64,000 bases of DNA, from NCBI GenBank assembly GCA_050290145.1, contig JBNKHC010000307.1, positions 2,772 to 66,771 of the forward strand. Direction: 5' to 3'. The notes under the pieces are model-generated. The model made no database searches, was not told the origin of the DNA, and worked only from the letters and a program-made list of their open reading frames with translations. The translations under genes and the position numbers were made by a program. The stretch comes from Kiloniellaceae bacterium (GTDB lineage Bacteria; Pseudomonadota; Alphaproteobacteria; Kiloniellales; Kiloniellaceae). Shown one piece after another: positions 18,987-29,428 of the stretch; the stretch's first letter is position 1; each line of letters opens with the position of its first letter.

Positions 18987-19466
18987 CTAGCTCTGCCGCT
19001 GGCGGGCGATGGCGTCGAGGGCGCCCTGCAGGATGTAGGCGGCGGCCATCTTGTCGACCACCTCGCTGCGGCGCTTGCGGGTCATGTCGGCCTCGTCCAC
19101 CAGGAAGCGCTCCACGGCGGCGGTGGAGAGGCGCTCGTCCCAGAAGGCGATGGGCTGGGTGAAGCCGGCCTTCTCCACCAGGTTACGGGCCAGGGCGCGC
19201 ACCGACTGGCAGCGCGGCCCCTCGGAGCCGTCCATGTTCACCGGCAGGCCGATGACCAGGCCGCCGACCCTGTATTCCTTGCAGACCGCGGCCAGGCGCT
19301 CGGCGTCCTGGGTGAACTTGCCGCGCTTGATGGTCTCCAGGGGCGAGGCGACCTTGAGCGCCGAATCGGAGATCGCCAGCCCGATGGTCTTGGTGCCGGG
19401 GTCGAGGCCCAGCAGGCGCTCGCCCGGCGCCAGGCGCGCGGCCAGATCAGTGACGGCAAGGTCCAT
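18987..19466 (-). CDS. ruvX: Holliday junction resolvase-like RuvX/YqgF
   Basis: 159 aa with [16 protein letters not shown] and DERLST motifs. Confidence 0.9.
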   Translation of the reverse strand: MDLAVTDLAARLAPGERLLGLDPGTKTIGLAISDSALKVASPLETIKRGKFTQDAERLAAVCKEYRVGGLVIGLPVNMDGSEGPRCQSVRALARNLVEKAGFTQPIAFWDERLSTAAVERFLVDEADMTRKRRSEVVDKMAAAYILQGALDAIARQRQS

Positions 19467-19644
19467 TGGCCGTGAAATCCTCTCTCGGCCCGGGTCAGGA
19501 AAAACAATCCCTTATAGGCAGCCCTCGGCGGGGCGGCAAGGAGCCCCAATCTTGCGGCATCCGGGGGCCGGTGCTAGGTTCCGGCGGTTTTTGATCGCTC
19601 CGGCAACCGCAGCGGCGGGGCGGAGCACTTTCCGGAAATGAGGG

Positions 19645-19941
19645 TTGAGGCCGATGTCGGTCGACAAGGAAACTGTCGCGAAAATCGCGAGACTGGCGCG
19701 CGTTCGCGTCGATGAGAGCCACAAGGAGTCGCTGGCCAAGGAATTGTCCAACATCCTGGGCTGGATCGAGCAGCTTTCCGAGCTGGACACCGAGGGTGTG
19801 GAGCCCATGACCTCCGTAGTGTCCATGAAGCTGCCGCTGCGCGAGGACGAGGTGACCGACGGCGGCTATCCCGACAAGGTGACGGCCAACGCCCCCGAGG
19901 GCGCCCATGGCTTCTACGCCGTGCCGAAGGTGGTGGAATGA
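19645..19941 (+). CDS. gatC: Asp/Glu-tRNA(Asn/Gln) amidotransferase subunit C
   Basis: 98 aa ([10 protein letters not shown]...) whose end overlaps the gatA start. Confidence 0.9.
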   Translation: MRPMSVDKETVAKIARLARVRVDESHKESLAKELSNILGWIEQLSELDTEGVEPMTSVVSMKLPLREDEVTDGGYPDKVTANAPEGAHGFYAVPKVVE

Positions 19942-21419
19942 TGAGCGAGCTGACCAACCTCACCATCGCCGAGGCGCGCGACCTGCTGGCCAAGGGCGAG
20001 ACCTCCTCCAAGGAACTGACCGAGGCCCACATCGCCGCCGTCGAGGCGGCGCGCTCGCTCAACGCCTTCATCACCGAGACGCCGGAAAAGGCGCTGCAGA
20101 TGGCCGAGGCCTCCGACAAGCGGCGCAAGGCGGGCGAAACCGGCATCCTGGAAGGCCTGCCCATCGGCATGAAGGACCTGTTCTGCACCGAGGGCGTGCT
20201 GACCACCGCGGCCTCCCACATCCTGGACGGCTTCCACCCCACCTATGAGTCGACGGTGAGCCAGAACATGTGGGACGCGGGCGCGGTGCTGCTGGGCAAG
20301 ACCAACCTGGACGAGTTCGCCATGGGCTCCTCCAACATGACCAGCCACTACGGCGGCGTCGAGAACCCCTGGCGCAAGTCGGGCGACAACCGGCCGCTGG
20401 TGCCCGGCGGCTCCTCCGGCGGCTCGGCCGCCGCTGTCGCCGCGCGCTGCGCCCTGGGCGCCACGGGCACGGACACCGGCGGGTCGATCCGCCAGCCGGC
20501 GGCCTTCTGCGGCATCGTCGGCATGAAGCCGACCTACGGGCGCTGCTCGCGCTGGGGCATCGTCGCCTTCGCCTCCTCGCTGGACCAGGCGGGGCCGATG
20601 GGACGCACGGTGCGCGACACCGCGATCATGCTGGAGGCCATGGCCGGTTACGATGCCAAGGACTCGACCTCGGTCAACGTGCCGGTGCCGAACTACGAGG
20701 CCGCGCTGACCGGCGACATCAAGGGCATGAAGATCGGCATTCCCAAGGAATACCGCATCGACGGCATGCCGGCGGAGATCGACCAGCTGTGGTTGCAGGG
20801 CATCAAGTGGCTGGAAGAAGCCGGCGCCGAGGTGATGGAAATCTCGCTGCCCCATACGCACTACGCGCTGCCGACCTATTACATCATCGCGCCGGCGGAG
20901 GCGTCGTCCAACCTGGCGCGCTACGACGGCGTGCGCTACGGCCTGCGCGAGGGCGCCGACGGCACCCTGGACGAGATGTACGAGGCGACCCGCGGCAAGG
21001 GCTTCGGCGCCGAGGTGCAGCGCCGCATTCTGATCGGCACCTACGTGCTCTCGGCAGGCTACTACGACGCCTACTACAACAAGGCGCGCAAGGTGCGCAG
21101 CCTCATCGCGCGGGACTTCGCCCAGGCCTATGAAAAGGTCGACGCAATCCTGACGCCGACGGCGCCCTCGCCGGCCTTCGGCATGGGCGACAAGATGGAC
21201 GATCCCATCGCCATGTACCTGAACGACGTCTTCACCGTGCCGGCCTCGCTGGCCGGGCTTCCGGGCATCTCGATCCCGGCGGGGCTGTCGCAGGACGGCC
21301 TGCCGCTGGGCCTGCAGCTGCTGGGCAAGGCCTTCGACGAAGAGACGGTGTTCAAGGTCGGCGGCGTGCTGGAAGAGGCGGCGGGCTTCGAGGCCACGCC
21401 GGCCTTTCTGGCGGCCTGA
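19938..21419 (+). CDS. gatA: Asp/Glu-tRNA(Asn/Gln) amidotransferase subunit A
   Basis: 493 aa with the amidase signature [12 protein letters not shown]. Confidence 0.95.
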   Translation: MMSELTNLTIAEARDLLAKGETSSKELTEAHIAAVEAARSLNAFITETPEKALQMAEASDKRRKAGETGILEGLPIGMKDLFCTEGVLTTAASHILDGFHPTYESTVSQNMWDAGAVLLGKTNLDEFAMGSSNMTSHYGGVENPWRKSGDNRPLVPGGSSGGSAAAVAARCALGATGTDTGGSIRQPAAFCGIVGMKPTYGRCSRWGIVAFASSLDQAGPMGRTVRDTAIMLEAMAGYDAKDSTSVNVPVPNYEAALTGDIKGMKIGIPKEYRIDGMPAEIDQLWLQGIKWLEEAGAEVMEISLPHTHYALPTYYIIAPAEASSNLARYDGVRYGLREGADGTLDEMYEATRGKGFGAEVQRRILIGTYVLSAGYYDAYYNKARKVRSLIARDFAQAYEKVDAILTPTAPSPAFGMGDKMDDPIAMYLNDVFTVPASLAGLPGISIPAGLSQDGLPLGLQLLGKAFDEETVFKVGGVLEEAAGFEATPAFLAA

Positions 21420-21424
21420 CGGCA

Positions 21425-21895
21425 ATGGCGGCGGATGCAGCCATCGCGGGACTGGATGTCCGGCCGGCCGGGCCGGCGGAATTCGACGACCTGCTGGCGC
21501 TGTTCGAGCGCTTCTACCGCGAGGAAGGCTTTGAGGGTGCAGTGGGCGGCGTCGCGAAGAACCTGCGCCAGATCCTGTCGCGTGACGATACCGCCGCCCT
21601 GGTGGCGCGGGTCGAGGGCAAGGTGGTGGGCGCGGCGGCGATGAGCAGCGCTTTCGGCCTGGAGGTCGGGCTCTATGCGGAGCTGGAAGACCTCTTCGTC
21701 GATCCGGCCTGGCGCGGCCACGGTATCGCGTCGGCCCTGGTCGAGGCGGCGGCGGCCTGGGCCAAGGCGCGGGGCTGCGACGACCTGGAGATCGTGCTGA
21801 CGCCGCACGCGCAGGCCAAGAACGACCTGGCGCCCTGGTACAAGGCGCGGGGCTTTGTTGATACCGGACGGATTATTTACGAGCGGGCTCTCTGA
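21425..21895 (+). CDS. GNAT family N-acetyltransferase inserted between gatA and gatB
   Basis: 156 aa with an acetyl-CoA binding motif ([19 protein letters not shown]). Confidence 0.8.
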   Translation: MAADAAIAGLDVRPAGPAEFDDLLALFERFYREEGFEGAVGGVAKNLRQILSRDDTAALVARVEGKVVGAAAMSSAFGLEVGLYAELEDLFVDPAWRGHGIASALVEAAAAWAKARGCDDLEIVLTPHAQAKNDLAPWYKARGFVDTGRIIYERAL

Positions 21896-21918
21896 AGAGC
21901 CGGTTGCGGAGAAGAAAG

Positions 21919-23370
21919 ATGGCAACGACGATCAAAGGCAAGACAGGCGAGTGGGAGATGGTCATCGGGCTGGAGGTCCATGCCCAGGTGATCTCCAAGT
22001 CGAAGCTGTTCTCCGGCGCTTCCACGGCATTCGGCGCCGAGCCGAATACCCAGGTCTCGCTGGTCGACGCGGCCATGCCAGGCATGCTGCCGGTGCTGAA
22101 CAAATACGTGGTCGAGCAGGCGGTGCGTACTGGTCTTGGTTTGAAAGCGCAGATCAACCTGACGTCGGTCTTCGAGCGCAAGAACTACTTCTACGCCGAT
22201 CTGCCGCAGGGCTATCAGATCTCCCAGTACCTGCAGCCCATCGTCGGCGAGGGCACGATCATCCTGGACCTGGAGGACGGTGAGACCCGCGAGGTCGGCA
22301 TCGAGCGGCTGCACCTGGAGCAGGACGCCGGCAAGTCGATCCACGACCAGCATCCGACGCAGTCCTACATCGACCTGAACCGTTCGGGCGTGGCGCTGAT
22401 GGAGATCGTCTCCAAGCCGGACATGCGGTCGGCGGAGGAAGCGGGCGCCTACCTGCGCAAGCTGCGCACCATCCTGCGCTACCTCGGCACCTGTGACGGC
22501 AACATGGATGAAGGCTCGATGCGCGCCGATGTGAACCTCTCGGTGCGCCGGCCGGGCGAGGCACTGGGCACGCGCACGGAGACCAAGAACGTGAACTCCA
22601 TCCGCTTCGTGCAGCAGGCCATCGAGGCCGAGGCCAAGCGCCAGATCGCGGTGCTGGAGGAGGGCGGCGAGATCGTGCAGGAGACGCGCCTCTTCGACGG
22701 CATGACCGGCAAGTCACGCTCCATGCGCTCCAAGGAGGAAGCACACGACTACCGCTACTTCCCGGATCCCGACCTGCTGCCGCTGGAGCTGGACCCAGCC
22801 TGGGTCGAGAACATCAAGGTCGGCCTGCCGGAGCTGCCGGACGAGAAGAAGGCGCGCTTCGTGAAGGACTTCGGCCTGCCGGTCTACGACGCCGGGGTGC
22901 TGGTCGCCGACCGCGACACCGCCGCCTTTTATGAGGCGGTGGCCGAAGGGCGCGATCCAAAGCTGGCGGCCAACTGGGTGATCGGCGACTACTTCGGGGC
23001 GCTCAACAAGAGCGGCGCCGACCTCGAGTCGGCGCCGGTCGACGCCAAGAAGCTGGGCGGCTTGCTGGACCTCATCGCCGACGGCACGATCTCCGGGCGC
23101 ATCGCCAAGGAAGTCTTCGAGGAGATGTGGGACAGCGGCCAAGACGCCGGGGCCATCGTCGAGGCCAAGGGCCTGAAGCAGATCAGCGACTCTTCGGAGA
23201 TCGAGGGCCTGGTCGAGGAGATCATCGCCGGCAATCCTGCTCAGGTCGAGCAGTTCAAGGGCGGCAACGAGAAGATCCTCGGCTGGTTCGTCGGCCAGGT
23301 GATGAAGGCCACCCAGGGCAAGGCCAACCCGGGCATGGTCAACAAAGTGCTGCGCGACAAGCTGGGCTGA
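21919..23370 (+). CDS. gatB: Asp/Glu-tRNA(Asn/Gln) amidotransferase subunit B
   Basis: The ORF track starts at TTG 21904. ATG 21919 (MATTIKGK) follows a ggagaagaaag RBS and is preferred. Has the canonical [13 protein letters not shown] start. Confidence 0.95.
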   Translation: MATTIKGKTGEWEMVIGLEVHAQVISKSKLFSGASTAFGAEPNTQVSLVDAAMPGMLPVLNKYVVEQAVRTGLGLKAQINLTSVFERKNYFYADLPQGYQISQYLQPIVGEGTIILDLEDGETREVGIERLHLEQDAGKSIHDQHPTQSYIDLNRSGVALMEIVSKPDMRSAEEAGAYLRKLRTILRYLGTCDGNMDEGSMRADVNLSVRRPGEALGTRTETKNVNSIRFVQQAIEAEAKRQIAVLEEGGEIVQETRLFDGMTGKSRSMRSKEEAHDYRYFPDPDLLPLELDPAWVENIKVGLPELPDEKKARFVKDFGLPVYDAGVLVADRDTAAFYEAVAEGRDPKLAANWVIGDYFGALNKSGADLESAPVDAKKLGGLLDLIADGTISGRIAKEVFEEMWDSGQDAGAIVEAKGLKQISDSSEIEGLVEEIIAGNPAQVEQFKGGNEKILGWFVGQVMKATQGKANPGMVNKVLRDKLG

Positions 23371-23391
23371 CGCCCTGCCTGATCGCCGAGA

Positions 23392-24573
23392 CTAGGCGCG
23401 CAGCGCGTCGGGGTCGTCGGCCTTGAGGCGGCCGAGCTGGTAGATCACGCTCTCGAGGCTGTCGGGGCTGATCTGACGATAGCAGTGCACCAGGTTGGAG
23501 ATGATGCGCTGTTCCATCTCGGGCTGCGCCCCGGTTTGGCCGGCGCGCCGGCGCTCCAGCACTTCTTCCAGCATGATCTGAAACGCCGGCTGTAGCTGCG
23601 CGGGCAGCTGGGTGCGCGCATAGAGGCTATTGAGCGCCGGCGTGCCGGCCTTGCGCAGGGCATTCTGCGCATTGGCGCTGGGAACGCGGGCTAGGGTCGC
23701 CATGCCGGCGCCGAAGAGCTCCAGCAGGCCGGCGGAGAGCACGCGTAACAGCAGGGTAGGCGTCAGGCTCTTGGTGCGGGCAAGGCGGCTGACCGCGGCA
23801 TCGATCTCCCGGCCACCCTTCAGCGCCGCCAGGTTCTGCAGCAGGGCCCGTTCGCGACCGTGCTGGCCGAGCTGCTCGACCAGGGCCGGCGGCAGGGCGT
23901 GCTTCTGGATGATCCTGGCCTGAAGCGCCTTGGAGACCAGGCAGACCAGCCGCTCCTTCACTGCGAAGGGAAGCACCGGGCGCTCGACCATCAGCTCCTG
24001 AACCGTGGTGTCGCTGCCGAAGGCATCGAGCAGGCTGCGGTATGACTCATCCGAGATCGCGGCGCTGTCGTTGGCCAGCAGGATCTCGATGACGCTCTTG
24101 TGGCCGGTATCGATGAGGGCACCGGAGACCGCCTCGCTGAGCGCGTCGCGCCCGGCGATGGCGCGCTGCTTTGCGGCATTGCCGCCGGAGATGATCGAAA
24201 TAAGGTCCTCGTCGGTCAGTAGCGGAGAACTCTGAAGGATCGGAATGGCCACCGCCTCGACGTCCTGCGCCAGCCGCATGGCGATGTCGCGGGGCAGGAG
24301 GGGGCTGGACTTGATGTGCTCGGCCAGGGTGCGGCGCACCTCGATCTCGGTGTCGCGGATGAGGGTCTTGAGGACCTCGATCGCGACCGCCTTCTCTTCC
24401 GCCGTCAGCTCGCCTTGGGCCATGGCCTTACCCAGGCCGGCAGCCAGCTGGGGCCGGCAAGTGCCCCAGCGGGCGTAAATCAGCTCGCCGCGCCCCTGGG
24501 GCCCGGCTGCCGGTTCACCGCGCTCTTGGATCTGAGGTGCAGCGTTTGCGAGAGACATTGTTGTATCGGCCAA
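23392..24573 (-). CDS. DUF2336-like helical repeat protein
   Basis: 393-aa helical repeat sequence (EIEVRRTLAEHIKSSPLLPRDIAMRLA...) matching my memory of alphaproteobacterial DUF2336. Function unknown. Confidence 0.55.
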   Translation of the reverse strand: MADTTMSLANAAPQIQERGEPAAGPQGRGELIYARWGTCRPQLAAGLGKAMAQGELTAEEKAVAIEVLKTLIRDTEIEVRRTLAEHIKSSPLLPRDIAMRLAQDVEAVAIPILQSSPLLTDEDLISIISGGNAAKQRAIAGRDALSEAVSGALIDTGHKSVIEILLANDSAAISDESYRSLLDAFGSDTTVQELMVERPVLPFAVKERLVCLVSKALQARIIQKHALPPALVEQLGQHGRERALLQNLAALKGGREIDAAVSRLARTKSLTPTLLLRVLSAGLLELFGAGMATLARVPSANAQNALRKAGTPALNSLYARTQLPAQLQPAFQIMLEEVLERRRAGQTGAQPEMEQRIISNLVHCYRQISPDSLESVIYQLGRLKADDPDALRA

Positions 24574-24708
24574 ATAAGGTTTATCAATGGTGAAATGATA
24601 AATGAATCCTTTACCGGCGACAAAAAGTATCGTTCCGATATTTAGCCGAATTTATCTAGATGTTGGGCGAATTTTATATCGAATTTTAGAAGGTCGACAG
24701 TACGTGTT

Positions 24709-25389
24709 CTATACCGCCAGGTGATTGCGCTTCAGGTAGAGCGTGGTGTCCGCCGCGGCGACGAAGCTGCGGTCGGCTCCGCTCGGTTCGCGCAGCCAGG
24801 CGCCGGCGCCGTAGCGCTCCTCGCCTTCCTCCAGTTCCCCGGAGACGACAAAGATCTCGAAGCCCCTCGCCGCGGACGCTGCATCGATATAGCCGGCCGG
24901 CAGGGCTGTGCCAGCAGCGAGGCGGAGCATGGTGATGTCTTCGGGATAGCGGTCGTCGCGATAGAGCGGCAGCACCTCCACGCCGGGGGCCGTGCCCTGC
25001 CACTCGCTGTGCGCGGTATCGACGACCACGTGCTCGCGATCGTCGCCGGCGAACTGGCAGAGCTTCACGAAGATGATGCAGCCGTCCTTGGAGAAGGGCG
25101 CGTGGCGGAAGCCCGGGGGGTTCAGAAGAAAGGTGCCGGCGGGGTAGTCGCCATGCTCGTCGGAGAAGACGCCGTCGAGAACCAGGATCTCCTCACCCTG
25201 CGGGTGCCCGTGCTCATGGAAGGCCGAGTCCGCATCATAGCGCACGACCGAGGTGACGCGGCTGAACTCGCCGTCGAGAAGGTCCAGGCGTTTGCGCCAG
25301 ACCGTGGGGCTGGGGCTCGCCTGCCACTCCATCCTGGCCGTGTCCATGGCGGCCGGGCGGCTGAAATCCGCATTGAGGCTGTCGCTCAT
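24709..25389 (-). CDS. Cupin-domain protein (ChrR-like cupin)
   Basis: 226 aa with a cupin metal motif (HEHGHPQGEEILVLDG...H). No anti-sigma zinc domain is seen. Confidence 0.65.
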   Translation of the reverse strand: MSDSLNADFSRPAAMDTARMEWQASPSPTVWRKRLDLLDGEFSRVTSVVRYDADSAFHEHGHPQGEEILVLDGVFSDEHGDYPAGTFLLNPPGFRHAPFSKDGCIIFVKLCQFAGDDREHVVVDTAHSEWQGTAPGVEVLPLYRDDRYPEDITMLRLAAGTALPAGYIDAASAARGFEIFVVSGELEEGEERYGAGAWLREPSGADRSFVAAADTTLYLKRNHLAV

Positions 25390-25555
25390 TCTGCTTTCTC
25401 CCGTTGTCTACCTTTAGATAGGTAGGTGCTAGATGGGTCACGAGAGCTTGATCCACAAGTGGCCCTTAGTCCCCTTGCAATCTTTTCCCGGCGCGCGCAT
25501 CTGTGCAAGGTGCGGCGGCGAAGTGCCGCCGTTGATTGGGGCAAGGGAGATCCGG

Positions 25556-26251
25556 ATGACCATCGAACTCTATTCCTGGGCAACGCCGAATGGCCACAAG
25601 GTGCACATCATGTTGGAGGAACTGGCGCTTCCTTACAATGTGCATGCGATCAACATCGGAGCGGGCGATCAGTTCGACCCCGAATTCCTGAAAATCAGCC
25701 CCAACAACAAGATGCCGGCCATTGTCGATCCGGACGGGCCGGACGGCAAGCCGATCTCCCTCTTTGAAAGCGGCGCCATTCTCATCTATCTGGCGGAGAA
25801 GACCGGCAGGCTGCTGCCGGCGGACGCACGCGCACGCTATACCGCGCTGCAATGGCTGATGTGGCAGATGGGCGGCCTGGGACCAATGTTGGGCCAGGCG
25901 CACCATTTCCGCCAGTACGCACCCGAGCAGATCGACTACGCGATCAAGCGCTACACCAACGAGTCCAACCGCCTGTACGGCGTTCTGGACAAGCGTCTCA
26001 GCGAAGCGCATTTCCTGGCCGGCGACGAGTTCTCCATCGCCGACATCGCGGCCTGGCCCTGGACCCGCTTTCCCGAACGCCAGGGCGTGGAGCGCGCCGA
26101 CTACCCGAACTTCCAGCGCTGGTTCGAGGAGATTGCCGAGCGCCCGGCCGTCAAGCGCGGCGTCGAAGTGCTGGCCGACCGGCGCACGCAAAGCTTCGAC
26201 GCCAAGGCCAAGGAGATTCTCTTCGGCGCCACGCAGTACGCCCGGCATTAG
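25556..26251 (+). CDS. Glutathione S-transferase, YfcG-like (Nu class), copy 1
   Basis: Start trimmed to ATG 25556 after a gggaga RBS. MTIELYSWATPNGHKV...ISPNNKMPAIVD...[14 protein letters not shown] closely follows E. coli YfcG. Confidence 0.85.
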   Translation: MTIELYSWATPNGHKVHIMLEELALPYNVHAINIGAGDQFDPEFLKISPNNKMPAIVDPDGPDGKPISLFESGAILIYLAEKTGRLLPADARARYTALQWLMWQMGGLGPMLGQAHHFRQYAPEQIDYAIKRYTNESNRLYGVLDKRLSEAHFLAGDEFSIADIAAWPWTRFPERQGVERADYPNFQRWFEEIAERPAVKRGVEVLADRRTQSFDAKAKEILFGATQYARH

Positions 26252-26405
26252 GTTCCTTTGCCTTCTGGCTAAATCAACACGGTTTTCCGGTGGCGTCGCG
26301 AACCGATATATTCGCTGCCGGGTATTCGCCTTGGCAGCGATGAGGGTCCCGCCACGCGCGGGGCTCCATTTTGTGGGTAGGTCGAGATGAGGGGAGAGTG
26401 GGTCC

Positions 26406-27029
26406 GTGACCATTGAACTGTACACCTGGAGCACGCCGAACGGCCGCAAGGCCTCAATCGCCTTGGAGGAGATGGGGCTGGACTACAGCGTCCACCCGAT
26501 CAACATCACCAAGAACGAGCAGTTCGCGCCGGAGTTCCTGAAAATCAGCCCGAACAACAGGATACCGGCGATTGTTGATCCGGACGGCCCGGACGGCGCG
26601 CCGATTTCCCTGTTCGAGAGCGGCGCCATCCTCATCTATCTGGCGGAGAAGACCGGCAAGTTCATGCCGACGGATGCGCGGGCACGCTACACGGCCCTGC
26701 AGTGGTTGATGTGGCAGATGGGCGGCTTCGGGCCGATGCTGGGGCAGGCGCACCATTTCCGGCGCTTTGCCAAGGAGGAGGTGCCCTATGCGATCGAGCG
26801 CTACACCAACGAGACCAGGCGTCTTTACGGCGTGCTGGACAAGCGCCTGAACGAGGCTGAATACCTGGCGGGCGCAGACTACTCCATCGCCGATATCGCC
26901 ACCTATCCCTGGGCGGCCCGCCACGAGTGGCACGGGATTGCCCTGGAGGATTTCCCCGCCGTCAAGCGCTGGTACGACGCCATCGGCGCGCGCCCGGCGG
27001 TGGAGAAGGGAATGGCGGTTCCCGGCTGA
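26406..27029 (+). CDS. Glutathione S-transferase, YfcG-like (Nu class), copy 2 (tandem paralog)
   Basis: 207 aa with a GTG start after a gaggggagag RBS. Collinear with copy 1 ([16 protein letters not shown]...[12 protein letters not shown]...). Confidence 0.85.
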   Translation: MTIELYTWSTPNGRKASIALEEMGLDYSVHPINITKNEQFAPEFLKISPNNRIPAIVDPDGPDGAPISLFESGAILIYLAEKTGKFMPTDARARYTALQWLMWQMGGFGPMLGQAHHFRRFAKEEVPYAIERYTNETRRLYGVLDKRLNEAEYLAGADYSIADIATYPWAARHEWHGIALEDFPAVKRWYDAIGARPAVEKGMAVPG

Positions 27030-27065
27030 CCGGGCCGGAACCTCATCCCCTGATCAAGCGGTGCG

Positions 27066-27284
27066 TCAGGCGGAGGGACGGCGTCCGCGACGGCGGCCCT
27101 TCGGCATGGCGATGAGTTCCGCCGGTGCCTTCTGACCCAGTCCGACCAGGTCCATAAGCTCTTCTTTGCAGCGTTTCAAGTTGGTCAGCTCGCGGGAGTC
27201 GTCGCGGTCGTAGACCTCGACGCAGCTCAGCTTGATTTCGACCAGATCAATGAGAGTTTCGACAGACGATCGCGAAAGGCTCAT
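27066..27284 (-). CDS. Small hypothetical protein (72 aa) with a basic C-terminus
   Basis: ORF only. Codon usage is plausible, the C-terminal tail is KGRRRGRRPSA, and no family is recognised. Confidence 0.35.
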   Translation of the reverse strand: MSLSRSSVETLIDLVEIKLSCVEVYDRDDSRELTNLKRCKEELMDLVGLGQKAPAELIAMPKGRRRGRRPSA

Positions 27285-27400
27285 GAGATTCCCCTGCTTG
27301 TTTTGATTAGCCCTCTGAGAGCATTTTTTAGGCTAATGGGTTAAGGGGACGTAAAGGCTAACAGAAAGTTCTGTGCAAAGTTCCACCGGGGACGAGGACT

Positions 27401-28354
27401 TTAGTCTGAGGGTGTGAAGGAAGCCGAAGCCGCCTCTGGATTGCGCCGGCCACGGCCCCGCCGCAGGCGCTGTTGCAAACGTCCGTCGATGACCGCAAGC
27501 CCGGTGAATATCAACGCCATGCCGACGAGGGCGGTAGGGCTCATCCGCTCCCCCAGTACCAGGGTGCCGAGCAGCAGCGCGGCCACCGGGATGAGAAAGG
27601 TGACGAGCAGGAGATTGGTCGCGCCGGCGCTGGCGAGGATCCTGAAATAGAGGATGTAGGCGAGGGCCGTGCTGATCAGCCCGAGGGTCAGCAGGGCCGC
27701 CCAGGTGGTGGCAGCGGGGCTGAAGGTCCAGGGACGCTCGAGCGCCACGGCCAGGGGCAGCAGGATGAGGGCCGCCGCCGCGGTCATGCCCGCCGCCGCC
27801 GCGACCGGCGGGAGATGACGCAGCCGGCGCCCGTAGATCCCCGCGCAGGCATAGCAGACCGCGGCCCCGAGCACCGCGAACTGACCCCAGGAGCGGCCGT
27901 CCAGGCCGTCGAGCGCCCCGGGGCCGATCAGCACCAGGGCGCCGGCGAAGCCGATGGCGATGCCGGTCAGGCCCCGGCGGCTCATGCGCTCGTCGGCGGT
28001 CAGGAAATGGGCCAGGACGAAGGTGAAAAGCGGTGTCGTGGCGTTGAGAATGGATGCCAGGCCGCCGTCGATCTGGGTCTGCCCCCACATGATGAGGGAA
28101 AAGGGCAGGGCGTTGTTCAGCAGCCCCATGAGCGCGAGTGGCCCCCAGTCGGCCAGGCCCCGCGGGAGCCGCTGCCCCGTGACCAAGGCCAGGGCGAGCA
28201 ACCCGAGTGCGGCCGTTCCGACCCGGCCGCAGGCCAGCGTGACCGGGCCCAGGTCGCGCAGACAGACCTCGGTGAGGAAGAAGGCCAGCCCCCAGATGAG
28301 GGCCAGGAGGATCATCTGGAGCCAGTCGCTCCCCTTCATTTGCGGTGCCTGCAT
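27401..28354 (-). CDS. DMT superfamily (EamA-like) transporter
   Basis: 317 aa with about 10 TM segments in two EamA-like halves. Preferred over the overlapping alternative-frame ORF 27333..28391, which is Arg/Pro/Gly-rich. Confidence 0.85.
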   Translation of the reverse strand: MQAPQMKGSDWLQMILLALIWGLAFFLTEVCLRDLGPVTLACGRVGTAALGLLALALVTGQRLPRGLADWGPLALMGLLNNALPFSLIMWGQTQIDGGLASILNATTPLFTFVLAHFLTADERMSRRGLTGIAIGFAGALVLIGPGALDGLDGRSWGQFAVLGAAVCYACAGIYGRRLRHLPPVAAAAGMTAAAALILLPLAVALERPWTFSPAATTWAALLTLGLISTALAYILYFRILASAGATNLLLVTFLIPVAALLLGTLVLGERMSPTALVGMALIFTGLAVIDGRLQQRLRRGRGRRNPEAASASFTPSD

Positions 28355-28447
28355 GGCATGAATTCCAGATTGAGCGCGGCGGCGCCAGCATAGCGGGGCG
28401 GCCGCTCGAGGCTATCCGCTTCTTGCGCCTCGGCTATCTGCGCAACA

Positions 28448-29428
28448 TCAGGAGGTTTGCTCTGCCGCCGCGGCGAGCCCGAGGAAGGCGGCATTGGGCC
28501 GGGTGATCAGCCAGGTGGGGATGTCTTCCAGATAGCTGCGGAAGCGGCCCTTGTCCTCGAAACGACCGCGGAAGCCGGAGGCCAGGAGGAAGTCCGGAAA
28601 GCGCGGCAGGATGCCGCCGCCCAGGAAGACGCCGCCCCGTGCGCCATAGCTGAGCGCCACGTTGCCGGCGAAGGTGCCAAGCAGCAGGCAGAACAGCTCC
28701 AGCGCCTGACGACAGAGCGGATCGCCGCCCTCCAGGGCGCGCTGGGTCACCGCCGCCGGCTCCAGAGCCTCGGCAGGGGTGCCGTTCAGGCGTGCCAGGC
28801 CGCCGTGGATGTTGGAGAGGCCGGGGCCGGAGAGCAGGCGCTCGGCGGAGACATGGCCGAAGTCTTCCCTGAGCAGGGCGAAGAGGTCGGCTTCCAGCCG
28901 GTCCATGGCGGGCATGGTGACGTGGCCGCCTTCGCTGATCAAAGGGCGCGGATGGGGCTCGGCCGGCAGCAGGGCGGCGACCCCCAGGCCGGACCCCGGG
29001 CCGAGGACCGCCAGCGGGGCGGGCGGACCGCCGGCGCGAAGCCTTCCGCCGTGCCCGACCGCCAGCCGGTCGCCGTCATCGAGGTGGGGCAGGCTGAGCG
29101 CCAGGGCCGCGTAGTCATTCAGCAGGCGAACCTGGCTGAACCCGAAGCGCTGGCGGAGCTCGCCTTCCGTCGTGTCCCACCCGGCGTTGGTCATGGCCGC
29201 CCGGGCATCGTCGACCGGTCCGGCGAAAGCCAGGACCGCCGTCTGCGGCACCTGTGCGCTGCCCAGGCGCTCCAGCGCGGCGGCGATGGCGCCGTAGGAG
29301 GTTGGGTGGGCGGCGACAGGGAGCGTCAGAACCTCGCCGAGGCCGCCTTCCCTCAGCAGGGCGAAGCGCGCGTTGGTGGCGCCGATGTCGGCCAGCAGGG
29401 CCGTCGTCTGGCCGGCCCCCGCCGTCAT
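28448..29428 (-). CDS. glk: Glucokinase
   Basis: Start trimmed to ATG 29428 ([24 protein letters not shown]). The ATG overlaps the otsA TGA stop (ATGA). Confidence 0.85.
   Translation of the reverse strand: MTAGAGQTTALLADIGATNARFALLREGGLGEVLTLPVAAHPTSYGAIAAALERLGSAQVPQTAVLAFAGPVDDARAAMTNAGWDTTEGELRQRFGFSQVRLLNDYAALALSLPHLDDGDRLAVGHGGRLRAGGPPAPLAVLGPGSGLGVAALLPAEPHPRPLISEGGHVTMPAMDRLEADLFALLREDFGHVSAERLLSGPGLSNIHGGLARLNGTPAEALEPAAVTQRALEGGDPLCRQALELFCLLLGTFAGNVALSYGARGGVFLGGGILPRFPDFLLASGFRGRFEDKGRFRSYLEDIPTWLITRPNAAFLGLAAAAEQTS

Noticed and set aside
27333-28391. 352-aa alternative-frame ORF overlapping the DMT transporter gene.
   Set aside because: It is on the same strand in a different frame. 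It is Arg/Pro/Gly-rich with no TM pattern, whereas frame 27401..28354 gives a textbook EamA-type membrane protein.
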